In this document: positions 39,505 through 46,647 of the stretch, in pieces
Position numbering within the stretch: position 1 is the first letter of the stretch
Layout of the letters: each line of letters begins with the position of its first letter
IMG/VR virus record: IMGVR_UViG_3300010399_000049
Span: 1-46,647 of that record
Length of the DNA: 46,647 nucleotides
Origin: a virus
Reading direction: 5' to 3' (one strand)
Position numbers and translations under genes: made by a program
The notes under the pieces: generated by a model
Databases searched by the model: none
What the model was told of the DNA's origin: nothing
What the model saw: the letters and a program-made list of their open reading frames with translations, nothing else

Positions 39505-40377
39505 CTAGGACGCGACGTGGACGATGCTCGAGCAGCTCGGGATGGTCGGATTGATACCCGAGAGGCCGGTCACGAACCCCGATGCGCCGAGGATGGCGGC
39601 GAAGGCCGCGGCGCCCGGCATGGTCGCGGTGACGGCGGCCGCACCGATCGCCGTCGAGAGCGTCTGCAGGGTCTGCGAAACGATATTGCTCGCGAGCGTC
39701 TGGATGTCGTCTTTCGCCGGGATGGCCCGGCCGGTGCCCAGACCTGAGGCCAGCGCGCCCAGCCCGATCTTGCCGCCCGACGAGACGATATGCGAGATGG
39801 CGTTCCCGGCGCCGTCGTAGATGGTCTTTACCTCGTTCGCCGTGCCGACGCCGGCGGTATGCGTGATGGTATGGGCCGAGGTGACGGACGTCGCGGTCTG
39901 CGCGGTATCGGAGACCACCGCACCGGCCGGGCCGTTGACCCAGGGCTTGTTCGGGTCCGGGGACGCCGTCCAGGCCGTCGCGGCCACCGGGATCCAGACG
40001 AGCGTCGACAGGTTGCCATACTCGACGCCGACCTGCGCGATGCCCGAGCCGAGCCCGCTGATGCCGCCGAGGAACGTATCGGCCGGCACGGTCAGGCCGA
40101 CGTCGCCGAGCTGCGTCGGCGATCGCATCCAGGGGCTCTCGGCCTTGGGCAGCGTCACCGGGGGGAGCGTGAAGGACGCGGCCTTGCCGTCCGGGGTCGT
40201 GTACGGGAACTGGGCCTGGAACTCGACCGTCACGAGCGAGGCGAACCCATCCACCTGAACCGCGACCACGGTACAGGGTAGTGCGCGCCCCGTGGACTGG
40301 ATGGCCTGGAGCGCCCGATTGATGGCGTTCGAGTTGAGGTTCTGCTGAATCCAGAGCTTGTGATAGTTGTCGGACAT
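39505..40377 (-). CDS. Baseplate spike / assembly protein V-like
   Basis: N-terminal LPCTVVAVQ...V.VEF......LPPVTLP....W.R.P.Q.GD.G resembles the gpV OB-fold. Gly/Ala-rich C-terminus. Confidence 0.5.
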   Translation of the reverse strand: MSDNYHKLWIQQNLNSNAINRALQAIQSTGRALPCTVVAVQVDGFASLVTVEFQAQFPYTTPDGKAASFTLPPVTLPKAESPWMRSPTQLGDVGLTVPADTFLGGISGLGSGIAQVGVEYGNLSTLVWIPVAATAWTASPDPNKPWVNGPAGAVVSDTAQTATSVTSAHTITHTAGVGTANEVKTIYDGAGNAISHIVSSGGKIGLGALASGLGTGRAIPAKDDIQTLASNIVSQTLQTLSTAIGAAAVTATMPGAAAFAAILGASGFVTGLSGINPTIPSCSSIVHVAS

Positions 40378-41355
40378 CTACGTCACCGTCTGCGGAACGA
40401 CGTTGAAAAGCGTCGCCCACGAGGTTCCGTTCGTATCGCGGAAGTTCCCGACTTGGCGCACCGATTGCACTAGGAACTTCCCCTGGAACGACGTTTTGTA
40501 TTTCAGCGACGACGGAAGCGCGTTGACGGTCGTGCTCACGATGCCGGGCAGGCTCTGAAGGCCCTTGGGCATCAGCACGTAGCTCCCGACCTGGATGTCC
40601 GCGCGCATGACCGTCCAGAACTGCATCACGTTGGCGTCGATCCAGGTCGGCTGCCCGATGAGGTCGGTGAACTCGAGCTGGACCGCGCCGCCGGTCTGGA
40701 TGGTCCCATCGAACGCCGCGATCGTGTTCGCGCGCAGGACGGCAATCTCGACGCCCGGCTTCCGGATGCTGGCCGAGATGGACTTCACGAACGAGGCGAG
40801 CTGCGCGAACGTCGAGACGACGTGGAGGACGTCGTGCGTGAGGACGTATTGCGGCGAGATATTGATGACCTGGGCATACCCGGGATAGGCGACGCTCAGG
40901 GTCTGCGCCAGCGCGCTCGCGAGCGACGTGCCCTTCTTCCAGTTGACCACGATGTTCGCCGGGTTCTTGATGGTGTAGACCGACGGCACGATGACGAAGT
41001 CCAGCGTCATCTCGGTCCCGACCCAGTTCCCGAACGACTGGAAAATCTGCCCCTGGAGGATGAGGCCCTGCTGCGCGGGGTTCGCCAGCGGCAGGCCGGC
41101 CGACATACCGCCGCGGATGGCAATCTGCGATCCGGCGAACTGCTGCGCCTGGAGCAGCTTGTCCAGCGGCACGCCCTCGATCGTGACCGTCGAGTTCCCC
41201 ATCGGCAACGAGCCGACGGCTTCGAAGAAGTCGAACTGGACGTTCAGCGCGCCGGGGTCGTTCTTGCCGTTGACCAGCGAGGTCCAGCGTTGCGGGGCGC
41301 CAGGCGTCGAGCCGGCCGCCGGCGTCGGCGTGACGAGGATGTCGTAGTACCGCAC
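40378..41355 (-). CDS. Baseplate hub protein candidate (325 aa)
   Basis: Based on its position between the tape-measure-proximal genes and the spike, and on its size. Confidence 0.45.
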   Translation of the reverse strand: MRYYDILVTPTPAAGSTPGAPQRWTSLVNGKNDPGALNVQFDFFEAVGSLPMGNSTVTIEGVPLDKLLQAQQFAGSQIAIRGGMSAGLPLANPAQQGLILQGQIFQSFGNWVGTEMTLDFVIVPSVYTIKNPANIVVNWKKGTSLASALAQTLSVAYPGYAQVINISPQYVLTHDVLHVVSTFAQLASFVKSISASIRKPGVEIAVLRANTIAAFDGTIQTGGAVQLEFTDLIGQPTWIDANVMQFWTVMRADIQVGSYVLMPKGLQSLPGIVSTTVNALPSSLKYKTSFQGKFLVQSVRQVGNFRDTNGTSWATLFNVVPQTVT

Positions 41356-41358
41356 GAG

Positions 41359-41634
41359 CTAGGGACCGACCTCGAGATTGCCGGTCGACTTCCGGTAGAC
41401 CAGCGTCGACGTCGTGAAAAGCGTCGGCGCAAGCGGGATGTCCGAATCCGGCGGCGACGCGATCAGCGGCTGGTTGATGACGCGGTTCCCGGCCTGGTCG
41501 GTCAGGCTGAAGTACCAGTCGCCCCGATAGAGGTTCCACATCGCGACGAACGAGTAGGATTGCCCGTCGAGCGTCAGGAGCGTCTGGAACGGCGGCGACG
41601 TCGTCGGATTGGGCTGGAACGGAATAACGATCAC
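41359..41634 (-). CDS. Small tail/baseplate protein (91 aa)
   Basis: Start moved to in-frame GTG 41634, which forms a GTGA overlap with the upstream stop. The ORF-track N-terminus is Arg-rich. Confidence 0.45.
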   Translation of the reverse strand: MIVIPFQPNPTTSPPFQTLLTLDGQSYSFVAMWNLYRGDWYFSLTDQAGNRVINQPLIASPPDSDIPLAPTLFTTSTLVYRKSTGNLEVGP

Positions 41635-42317
41635 GGGGTCGCTCCGAAGGTAGCCAGTGCAGCCGTCACGCCGGTCAGCGACGCCGGGCTCGCGCTCTGG
41701 TTGCCCGACCACGCTGGCGGCTTGGTGAACTGACCGCCTGCGGTGATTTTGGCGATGAGCGACGCTTCAGCAGCGGCCGCGCCCTGCAACGTCAGGATGG
41801 GCTTCACGAAGTCCAGCTGCCACTCGACCTGCTTCTGCAAGGTGCCGCCCTCCGCGGTGATGTCCGTCATCGCCGTCATCACGAGGTCCTTGTAGACGAA
41901 CGCCGGCGTCGCGACGATGTACGTCCCACCGGAGGCGTTGTGCTGCTGGAGCGAGTTCTGGAGCGCGGTGAAGGCCTGGAGTTTCGTGAGGTAGCCCCCG
42001 GGCTGGTTGACCGGCGCGATCATGCTCAGGGAGAGCGTCAGCGGCTGCTGGATGAGCGCGTTCGCCGCGACCTGCTGGTTGGCGAACGGATACATCCCCA
42101 CCGCATTACTGATGAGCGTCGAGCCGGGCAGGGGCAGGTACTTCGCGAAGGCCTGGTCGCCGGCCGTGTTGCCGGTCAGCGCGTTGATGGGCAGCAGGCC
42201 ACCCTGGACGTTCGCCGCGATCCCGCCCTGCAGGATGATGGGAGCCGTCTGGAAGGCGAGGTCGTACTGCGCGCGCGCCGCGCCGTCCGAGAGGCTCGGA
42301 ACCGTCGTGACGCTCAC
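41631..42317 (-). CDS. Tail protein following the tape measure (228 aa)
   Basis: ORF-track ORF. Its start overlaps the tape-measure stop. Confidence 0.5.
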   Translation of the reverse strand: MSVTTVPSLSDGAARAQYDLAFQTAPIILQGGIAANVQGGLLPINALTGNTAGDQAFAKYLPLPGSTLISNAVGMYPFANQQVAANALIQQPLTLSLSMIAPVNQPGGYLTKLQAFTALQNSLQQHNASGGTYIVATPAFVYKDLVMTAMTDITAEGGTLQKQVEWQLDFVKPILTLQGAAAAEASLIAKITAGGQFTKPPAWSGNQSASPASLTGVTAALATFGATP

Positions 42318-44146
42318 GAGATGGCCGCCGCGTTGATGGAGACCGCGACGCGCGCCGAGGTCGAGTTTGTGATGGAAACGTGGACGGGCGCGCGCGGCTT
42401 CGAGCGCACGCGCTGCGCGGCTGGCGTGGTGCTATGGTGGGCCGCGGCGCCCGGGCGGGGCATCGTCCGCAGGAGGTCCTGATAGATGGCGTTCACGGCC
42501 TTCGCGTAGGCAGCCTTATTCGCTGGGTTCTGCGCGCGTGCCGCGATCTCGCCGGGCGAGAGGTTCGGGTGATGCTTGGCCTCGATGACGAAGTTCCGGA
42601 GCGCGCGGCGCGCGTTCGTCGTCGGGTCGAGGAGCTGCTTCAGCGTCATGCCGGCGCCTTCGCCGTGCTCGTTCAGCTGGAACAGGCCCGAGCTATACCC
42701 GGCCGGCGTGCCGTCGGCGTAGTGATCCATCACGTGGCTCTTGGGATTGAGGCCCGATTCGTGGATGGCCGTCGCGAGCGCGAGCAGCGGGTCGACGCCG
42801 AGCTTCACGGCGCTCCCGGTGATGGCCTGAAGAACGTCCACGCCGGCACCGGCGACCGCTTTCGAGACCCACGAGGCCGAGCCCGAGGCTTTACTGTGGA
42901 ACGGCGCCGTCAGCCATTCCCAGAACCGCCCGCCGGGCGTACTCGTCTTCCAGTCCTTCGGGTAGGTGATGCCGTGCCAGTTGCCCGTGTTCCCGGAGGT
43001 GTCGGGGATGAGCCACTTCAGCTTGTCGGCGACGGCCATGATTTCTTGGCTGACGACCTTGATATTGTCGCCGACGGCCTTCCAATCGGTCGTCTCGAGG
43101 AAGTGGACGAGCCCCTTGAATCCCTTCTTCACGTCATCGATGACGACGCCGAACTCCTTGCTATTCACGAACGTCGTGATGAAGCCGGCCACGTCTTTCG
43201 AGAGCTGGCCGATTTCGGGCGCGAGCGGCGCGAGGCGATCGATGAGCGCGGTCTGGATGGTCAGGCCGGCCTTGTCGAGCGTGATTTTGAGCTGCGTCCA
43301 CGCCTGCGCGGTCGCGCGGCTGAACCCGAGCGCGCCGACGTCGCCGCGGGTCGCGGCCTGCGCGCTGTTGATGCTCGAGAGCGGGTTCAGCGCGGCGTTG
43401 CGCACGTCGCCGATCGTGCCGCCCAGGGCCAGGTACGCCGCGATCGCCGGGTTCTGCATCGCCGTGGCCGGGTTCTTCAGGTACGCAGCGCGCGCGGCTT
43501 TCAGCTCCTCGAAGGCCAGGTCGGCCGTCGTCATCTGCTGGGCCGCCTCGTACCGGATCCCGAGCACGGCCAGGTAGCCGGCTTTCGAGATGTCGATTTT
43601 GGCGTTCGCGGCCGCGGCCAGCGCCGAGGTCGTCAGGAACTGCTGCGCGTTGACCTCGAAGCTCGAGAGCGCCCCGGGGCCCAGGCCGAGCTGGCCGGCC
43701 GACCGGAAGCGCGAGAAGGCCGCGTCGGTCAGAGAACCGATTCCCAGGCCCGAGAACAGGGCGCCAAGACCCAGCGCGCCCGCGATGCCGATGATTCCAC
43801 CCGAGATGCTCTTGATGGTGCCCCAGAGGCCCTTGGCGCTCTTGTGGAGGGCATCCATCGCCTTGCCGCTCGAGCCGGTCGCCTTGCCGAACTCGTTCTG
43901 GGTCTTCACGGCGTTCTCGAGGGCCTCGACCATCACGCCGGCCTGGGCCGCGGCCAGCGCCAGGGCCTCCTTGCCGCTCACCGCGCCGGTCTCGAGCGAC
44001 TTGCCGGCGCCTCCCATCGATTCCTCGAGCTTCTTCCACGACTCGGGCATCTCGTCGAGCTTGGCCGAGTACGTCTCGAATAGGTCGTAAAAACGCTTGA
44101 AAGCGTCGTCGTTTACGTCGATCGTGACGATGGATTTGACGGCCAT
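42314..44146 (-). CDS. Tail length tape measure protein with a C-terminal lytic transglycosylase (SLT) domain
   Basis: 610 aa, Ala/Gly/Leu-rich helical N-terminal two thirds. ..LALATAIHESGLNP..GYSSGLFQLNEHG.. gives the SLT catalytic Glu-Ser and GLxQ motifs. Confidence 0.85.
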   Translation of the reverse strand: MAVKSIVTIDVNDDAFKRFYDLFETYSAKLDEMPESWKKLEESMGGAGKSLETGAVSGKEALALAAAQAGVMVEALENAVKTQNEFGKATGSSGKAMDALHKSAKGLWGTIKSISGGIIGIAGALGLGALFSGLGIGSLTDAAFSRFRSAGQLGLGPGALSSFEVNAQQFLTTSALAAAANAKIDISKAGYLAVLGIRYEAAQQMTTADLAFEELKAARAAYLKNPATAMQNPAIAAYLALGGTIGDVRNAALNPLSSINSAQAATRGDVGALGFSRATAQAWTQLKITLDKAGLTIQTALIDRLAPLAPEIGQLSKDVAGFITTFVNSKEFGVVIDDVKKGFKGLVHFLETTDWKAVGDNIKVVSQEIMAVADKLKWLIPDTSGNTGNWHGITYPKDWKTSTPGGRFWEWLTAPFHSKASGSASWVSKAVAGAGVDVLQAITGSAVKLGVDPLLALATAIHESGLNPKSHVMDHYADGTPAGYSSGLFQLNEHGEGAGMTLKQLLDPTTNARRALRNFVIEAKHHPNLSPGEIAARAQNPANKAAYAKAVNAIYQDLLRTMPRPGAAAHHSTTPAAQRVRSKPRAPVHVSITNSTSARVAVSINAAAIS

Positions 44147-44173
44147 ACCGGACGATTCACCCCCGCGGGGCGC

Positions 44174-44516
44174 CTAACCCCCGAGCAGCCGGTTCAAGGT
44201 CTCGACGACGTGGCGATCGCGGTAGGCCTGCGCGGTCGCGAATCGGTCGATACCCATGCGTTTGAGGGTCTCGCCGAATCCTTCGCCGACGACCCACTCA
44301 AGGATGGCCGCGACTACTGAGGTACGGACTCGAGCGCCTTCTGCTCCACCGCCGGCGGCTGTTCGGTAGCCGCGACGGGCGTCGACGTCTTCAAGGAGGC
44401 GGCGAACTCCGTAGGCGTCAAGGACGTTACCGATCCCGCCATAACCGAGGAGATGAGTTCGCAGAACGTCTTCCGTCCCGCCCTCCGAGACATCGCATAG
44501 CCCAGCGTAAAAAAAA
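44174..44516 (-). CDS. Candidate -1 frameshift extension of the tail assembly chaperone (gpGT-like)
   Basis: The -1 frame is open from the U8 run (plus-strand A8 at 44509-44516) to TAG 44174-44176. It covers the otherwise empty 167-nt gap before the tape measure gene, and has no start codon of its own before 44257. Confidence 0.45.
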
Positions 44517-44919
44517 CCAGCGACGACTCGGCCTCGCTCCAGTCCTCGCTATCGATGACGCCGCGCTGGACCGCCGCGTCGACGGGGAGCATATCGAACC
44601 CGTTCGCGCCCGGCGCCAGGATGAACGTCAGCCGCTTGATTTCGGCCAGCAGCGCCGGCCCCAGGGGCGTCTCGAGTTCGTTTTCTGCGGCGTCCTGCTC
44701 CGAGATGTCCAGCAGCGTGAGGCTCGCGATGCGCGGGCCCGACGTCGCGGCGTACTTGAGGCCCTTGCCCCAGATGCGCGAGCTGGTCTCGGAAATGATG
44801 CGATAGTTCGTCGCGAACGCCTCGGTGCTGATGGGCGTGTGGTACGCCCACACGAGGACGTCGCCGTCCTCGCTGACGCGCACCGGAAGCGCGAGGTTCA
44901 GGTTGGCATCGATTTTCAC
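44314..44919 (-). CDS. Tail assembly chaperone (gpG-like)
   Basis: 201 aa between the tube and tape measure genes. Contains the slippery run CTG GTT TTT TTT ACG. Confidence 0.6.
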   Translation of the reverse strand: MKIDANLNLALPVRVSEDGDVLVWAYHTPISTEAFATNYRIISETSSRIWGKGLKYAATSGPRIASLTLLDISEQDAAENELETPLGPALLAEIKRLTFILAPGANGFDMLPVDAAVQRGVIDSEDWSEAESSLVFFTLGYAMSRRAGRKTFCELISSVMAGSVTSLTPTEFAASLKTSTPVAATEQPPAVEQKALESVPQ

Positions 44920-44926
44920 GCGCTAC

Positions 44927-45364
44927 CTAGCCCCAGAGAACGGCGTTGGTGTAGTACGAGCCCTTGACCGTGACCTTCGTCGCCGGGTCCTGGCCGTCGA
45001 ACGCGCCGGGGTCGACGCTGATGATGGAGCAGTTCACGAGCCGAATCATCGGGAACTCCGTCGAGTCGGAGTAGACCTCGACCGAACCGATGACGCTCGA
45101 GGCTTGCACCTGCGCGAGCCAGAGCGCCGAGACCGCCTGCGATCGCAGGAGCGAGATGACCAGCTGGCCCTGGACGAACGGCTCGGGCGAGTTGACCACG
45201 CCGGTCGCGGTGGGGATCTGGTCGGTGAAGGAACCGTCGAACGTGAGGTTCGCCATGGATTTCGCCATGAACGACGCCGTCACGGTGAGTTCCGGGAAGT
45301 CCGGCACGATGACGTGCGTCAGTACCCGGTTGAGGTTCCCCTGCTGCTGGAGCGGATTCGGCAT
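44927..45364 (-). CDS. Tail tube-like protein (DUF3277-type by recollection)
   Basis: 145 aa between the sheath-like gene and the chaperone. Beta-rich composition. Confidence 0.55.
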   Translation of the reverse strand: MPNPLQQQGNLNRVLTHVIVPDFPELTVTASFMAKSMANLTFDGSFTDQIPTATGVVNSPEPFVQGQLVISLLRSQAVSALWLAQVQASSVIGSVEVYSDSTEFPMIRLVNCSIISVDPGAFDGQDPATKVTVKGSYYTNAVLWG

Positions 45365-45915
45365 TATGCAACGGCCCCTTTCTCGAAAACTTCGTAGCCT
45401 AGATAGCGCAATAGCCCTTTAATGGTTTCTGGGTCATCCCGCACCAGACCCAGTGCGGCGTTGCAAAGAAGGCAGAGGATTCCCCGCACCTTACCCGTTT
45501 CGTGATCGTGATCTACCGCGGCAACATCGCGACGGTTTCCAGTTGTCACCAGTTCGACCCGACAAACCGCGCATCGGCCATCCTGGGACGCGAGTATTTT
45601 CATGTACTCGGACTTGGTGATTCCGTATTTTTTTGCGCGCATGCAAATCCTACAGTAGGTCTGCAGGCCACTCTTGCGGGTCGTGCATCGGTTGAAAGCC
45701 TCGCGCGGCTGAACCTCCTTGCATCCTGCGCAATATCCCGACTTTATTTCCGAGCCATCGTGAGCCGAATGAACGGACTTGAATCCCGCGCGCCTTTCGC
45801 CATGCTTTGCATTGGTGCAATCACGGCATACCGAGTTTCTGCCGCGCTCACCCATCTTGTTTTGGGCAAACGAAGAGATATCTAGTGAACGCTGGCAACC
45901 GCTGCAGGTTTTCAC
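45364..45915 (-). CDS. Endonuclease VII-family (HNH-type) endonuclease with an N-terminal zinc-finger region
   Basis: ..AAVDHDHETGKVRGILCLLCNAALG.. is the T4 endonuclease VII signature. Several CxxC pairs lie upstream. The stop shares a base with the tube ATG (TAATG). G+C is visibly lower than in the flanks. Confidence 0.85.
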   Translation of the reverse strand: MKTCSGCQRSLDISSFAQNKMGERGRNSVCRDCTNAKHGERRAGFKSVHSAHDGSEIKSGYCAGCKEVQPREAFNRCTTRKSGLQTYCRICMRAKKYGITKSEYMKILASQDGRCAVCRVELVTTGNRRDVAAVDHDHETGKVRGILCLLCNAALGLVRDDPETIKGLLRYLGYEVFEKGAVA

Positions 45916-45917
45916 TA

Positions 45918-46647
45918 TTAGAACTGTGTCGCATCAAGATTGAAGGTGATCGAGAGGAAACCGCCCTGCGGCTGTACGGTCGCGGAGAACCCGGTGTAGA
46001 TTCCGGCCGCGTAGTCCGACGGATTCGCCGCGGTGAAGTCCTTGAACGACGTCGCCGCAAACGATTCCGTGAGGAGCAGGCCGAACGAAACGCCGTCGGT
46101 CCCGAGGTTATTCAGGATCGCCAGCAGCTGATTGATGCCGCTCTGGTTGTAGTAGAGCGGCGGGTTCGAGTTCGAGCCATCGATGATCGCCGCGGTGAGG
46201 CGCTGCTTTGCGTTGATGAGGACCCAATCGACGGCCCACCAGAACATCGCCTGATTCAAGTCCATCGTGGTGCCCTTGAAGAGCGTCGCGGTGGAGATGC
46301 CGCCCTCGGCGCCCGTCAGGATGACGTTGCCGCCGGCGGTCAGGATGGAGTTGATGGTTGTCTGGTTGCCGATGAGCGACCACGGCGTCACGCCGAACAG
46401 GAACCGAAACGCCATCGGCGGCGCGGGGCTCGATGCGCTCGGGTTGTTCGAGAGCCATTGGTAGAACAGCGCCGCGGCCTGGAACTCGGTGCCGGCCGCC
46501 GTCGGGCTAGGCACGGTCGCGATAATCGCCTTCGTCGTCGGCGCGTAGGCGGAAATCGTGCCGCTCGACGTCGTCGCGAAGAAGTACGTTTTGCTCGTCG
46601 GGCTCGAGAACAGCGCCGCCATGGTGTTGAACGCGGCGGCCGAGCCG
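45918..46647 (-). CDS. Tail sheath-like protein, C-terminal part (continues from 1..476 through the terminal overlap)
   Basis: The frame is open from the window end to TAA 45918. The ORF-track Met at 46622 is internal. Confidence 0.6.
   Translation of the reverse strand, partial: GSAAAFNTMAALFSSPTSKTYFFATTSSGTISAYAPTTKAIIATVPSPTAAGTEFQAAALFYQWLSNNPSASSPAPPMAFRFLFGVTPWSLIGNQTTINSILTAGGNVILTGAEGGISTATLFKGTTMDLNQAMFWWAVDWVLINAKQRLTAAIIDGSNSNPPLYYNQSGINQLLAILNNLGTDGVSFGLLLTESFAATSFKDFTAANPSDYAAGIYTGFSATVQPQGGFLSITFNLDATQF
46525..46647. repeat. Terminal direct repeat copy 2 (identical to 1..123)
   Basis: Read directly. Confidence 0.97.

Noticed and set aside
44177-44257. Independent 27-aa ORF (MGIDRFATAQAYRDRHVVETLNRLLGG) in the chaperone to tape-measure gap.
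   Set aside because: It has no Shine-Dalgarno, and its frame is open and coding-like well upstream of its ATG. It is better explained as the tail of the -1 frameshift product, although independent initiation cannot be excluded.

Overview
The window is one complete, circularly closed tailed-phage genome. Bases 1-123 are repeated exactly at 46525-46647, giving a unit length of 46,524 bp. It is G+C rich by eye (roughly two thirds), and I found no tRNA, rRNA, CRISPR array, integrase or transposase.

Gene layout:
- Late operon, about 29 kb, minus strand (16510 down to 1, wrapping to 46524 and down to about 33669). In order: three tiny coupled genes, terS, terL, portal, MuF-like head protein, protease/scaffold, major capsid protein, connector genes, a block of unassigned virion genes, sheath-like and tube-like genes, tail chaperone, tape measure with a lytic transglycosylase domain, baseplate, tail fiber, GH25 endolysin and small membrane proteins. 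This is a contractile-tail, probably headful-packaging phage.
- Early-left operon, minus strand (23693 down to about 17563). About 17 tightly coupled small genes, visibly lower in G+C. Most are Cys-rich; they include a pentapeptide-repeat protein, an orphan DNA methyltransferase and an HNH-like protein.
- Early-right operon, plus strand (23808 to about 33254). HTH regulator, RecT-like annealase, Cas4/RecB-like nuclease, DnaQ-like exonuclease, initiator-like protein, DnaB helicase, RuvC-like resolvase, HAD-like hydrolase, winged-helix protein and a truncated P-loop ATPase.
- Five-gene plus-strand micro-operon (16640-17636), divergent from the late operon.

Most worth a second look:
1. A roughly 150-nt structured element (28185-28341) whose terminator hairpin buries the RBS of the replication module.
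2. Four helically phased iterons plus an AT-rich palindrome inside the initiator-like gene (lambda-ori-like).
3. A Sec-signal-peptide, 10-Cys protein encoded inside the virion operon.
4. The pentapeptide-repeat, methyltransferase and HNH neighbourhood, a candidate anti-restriction island.
5. Two near-identical near-consensus early promoters, one carrying 13-bp direct repeats, driving blocks of unknown genes.
6. A U8 slippery site with an open -1 frame in the tail chaperone gene.
7. Nuclease genes wedged into structural gene junctions.

All family names are recollection-based motif matches; no database search was possible.
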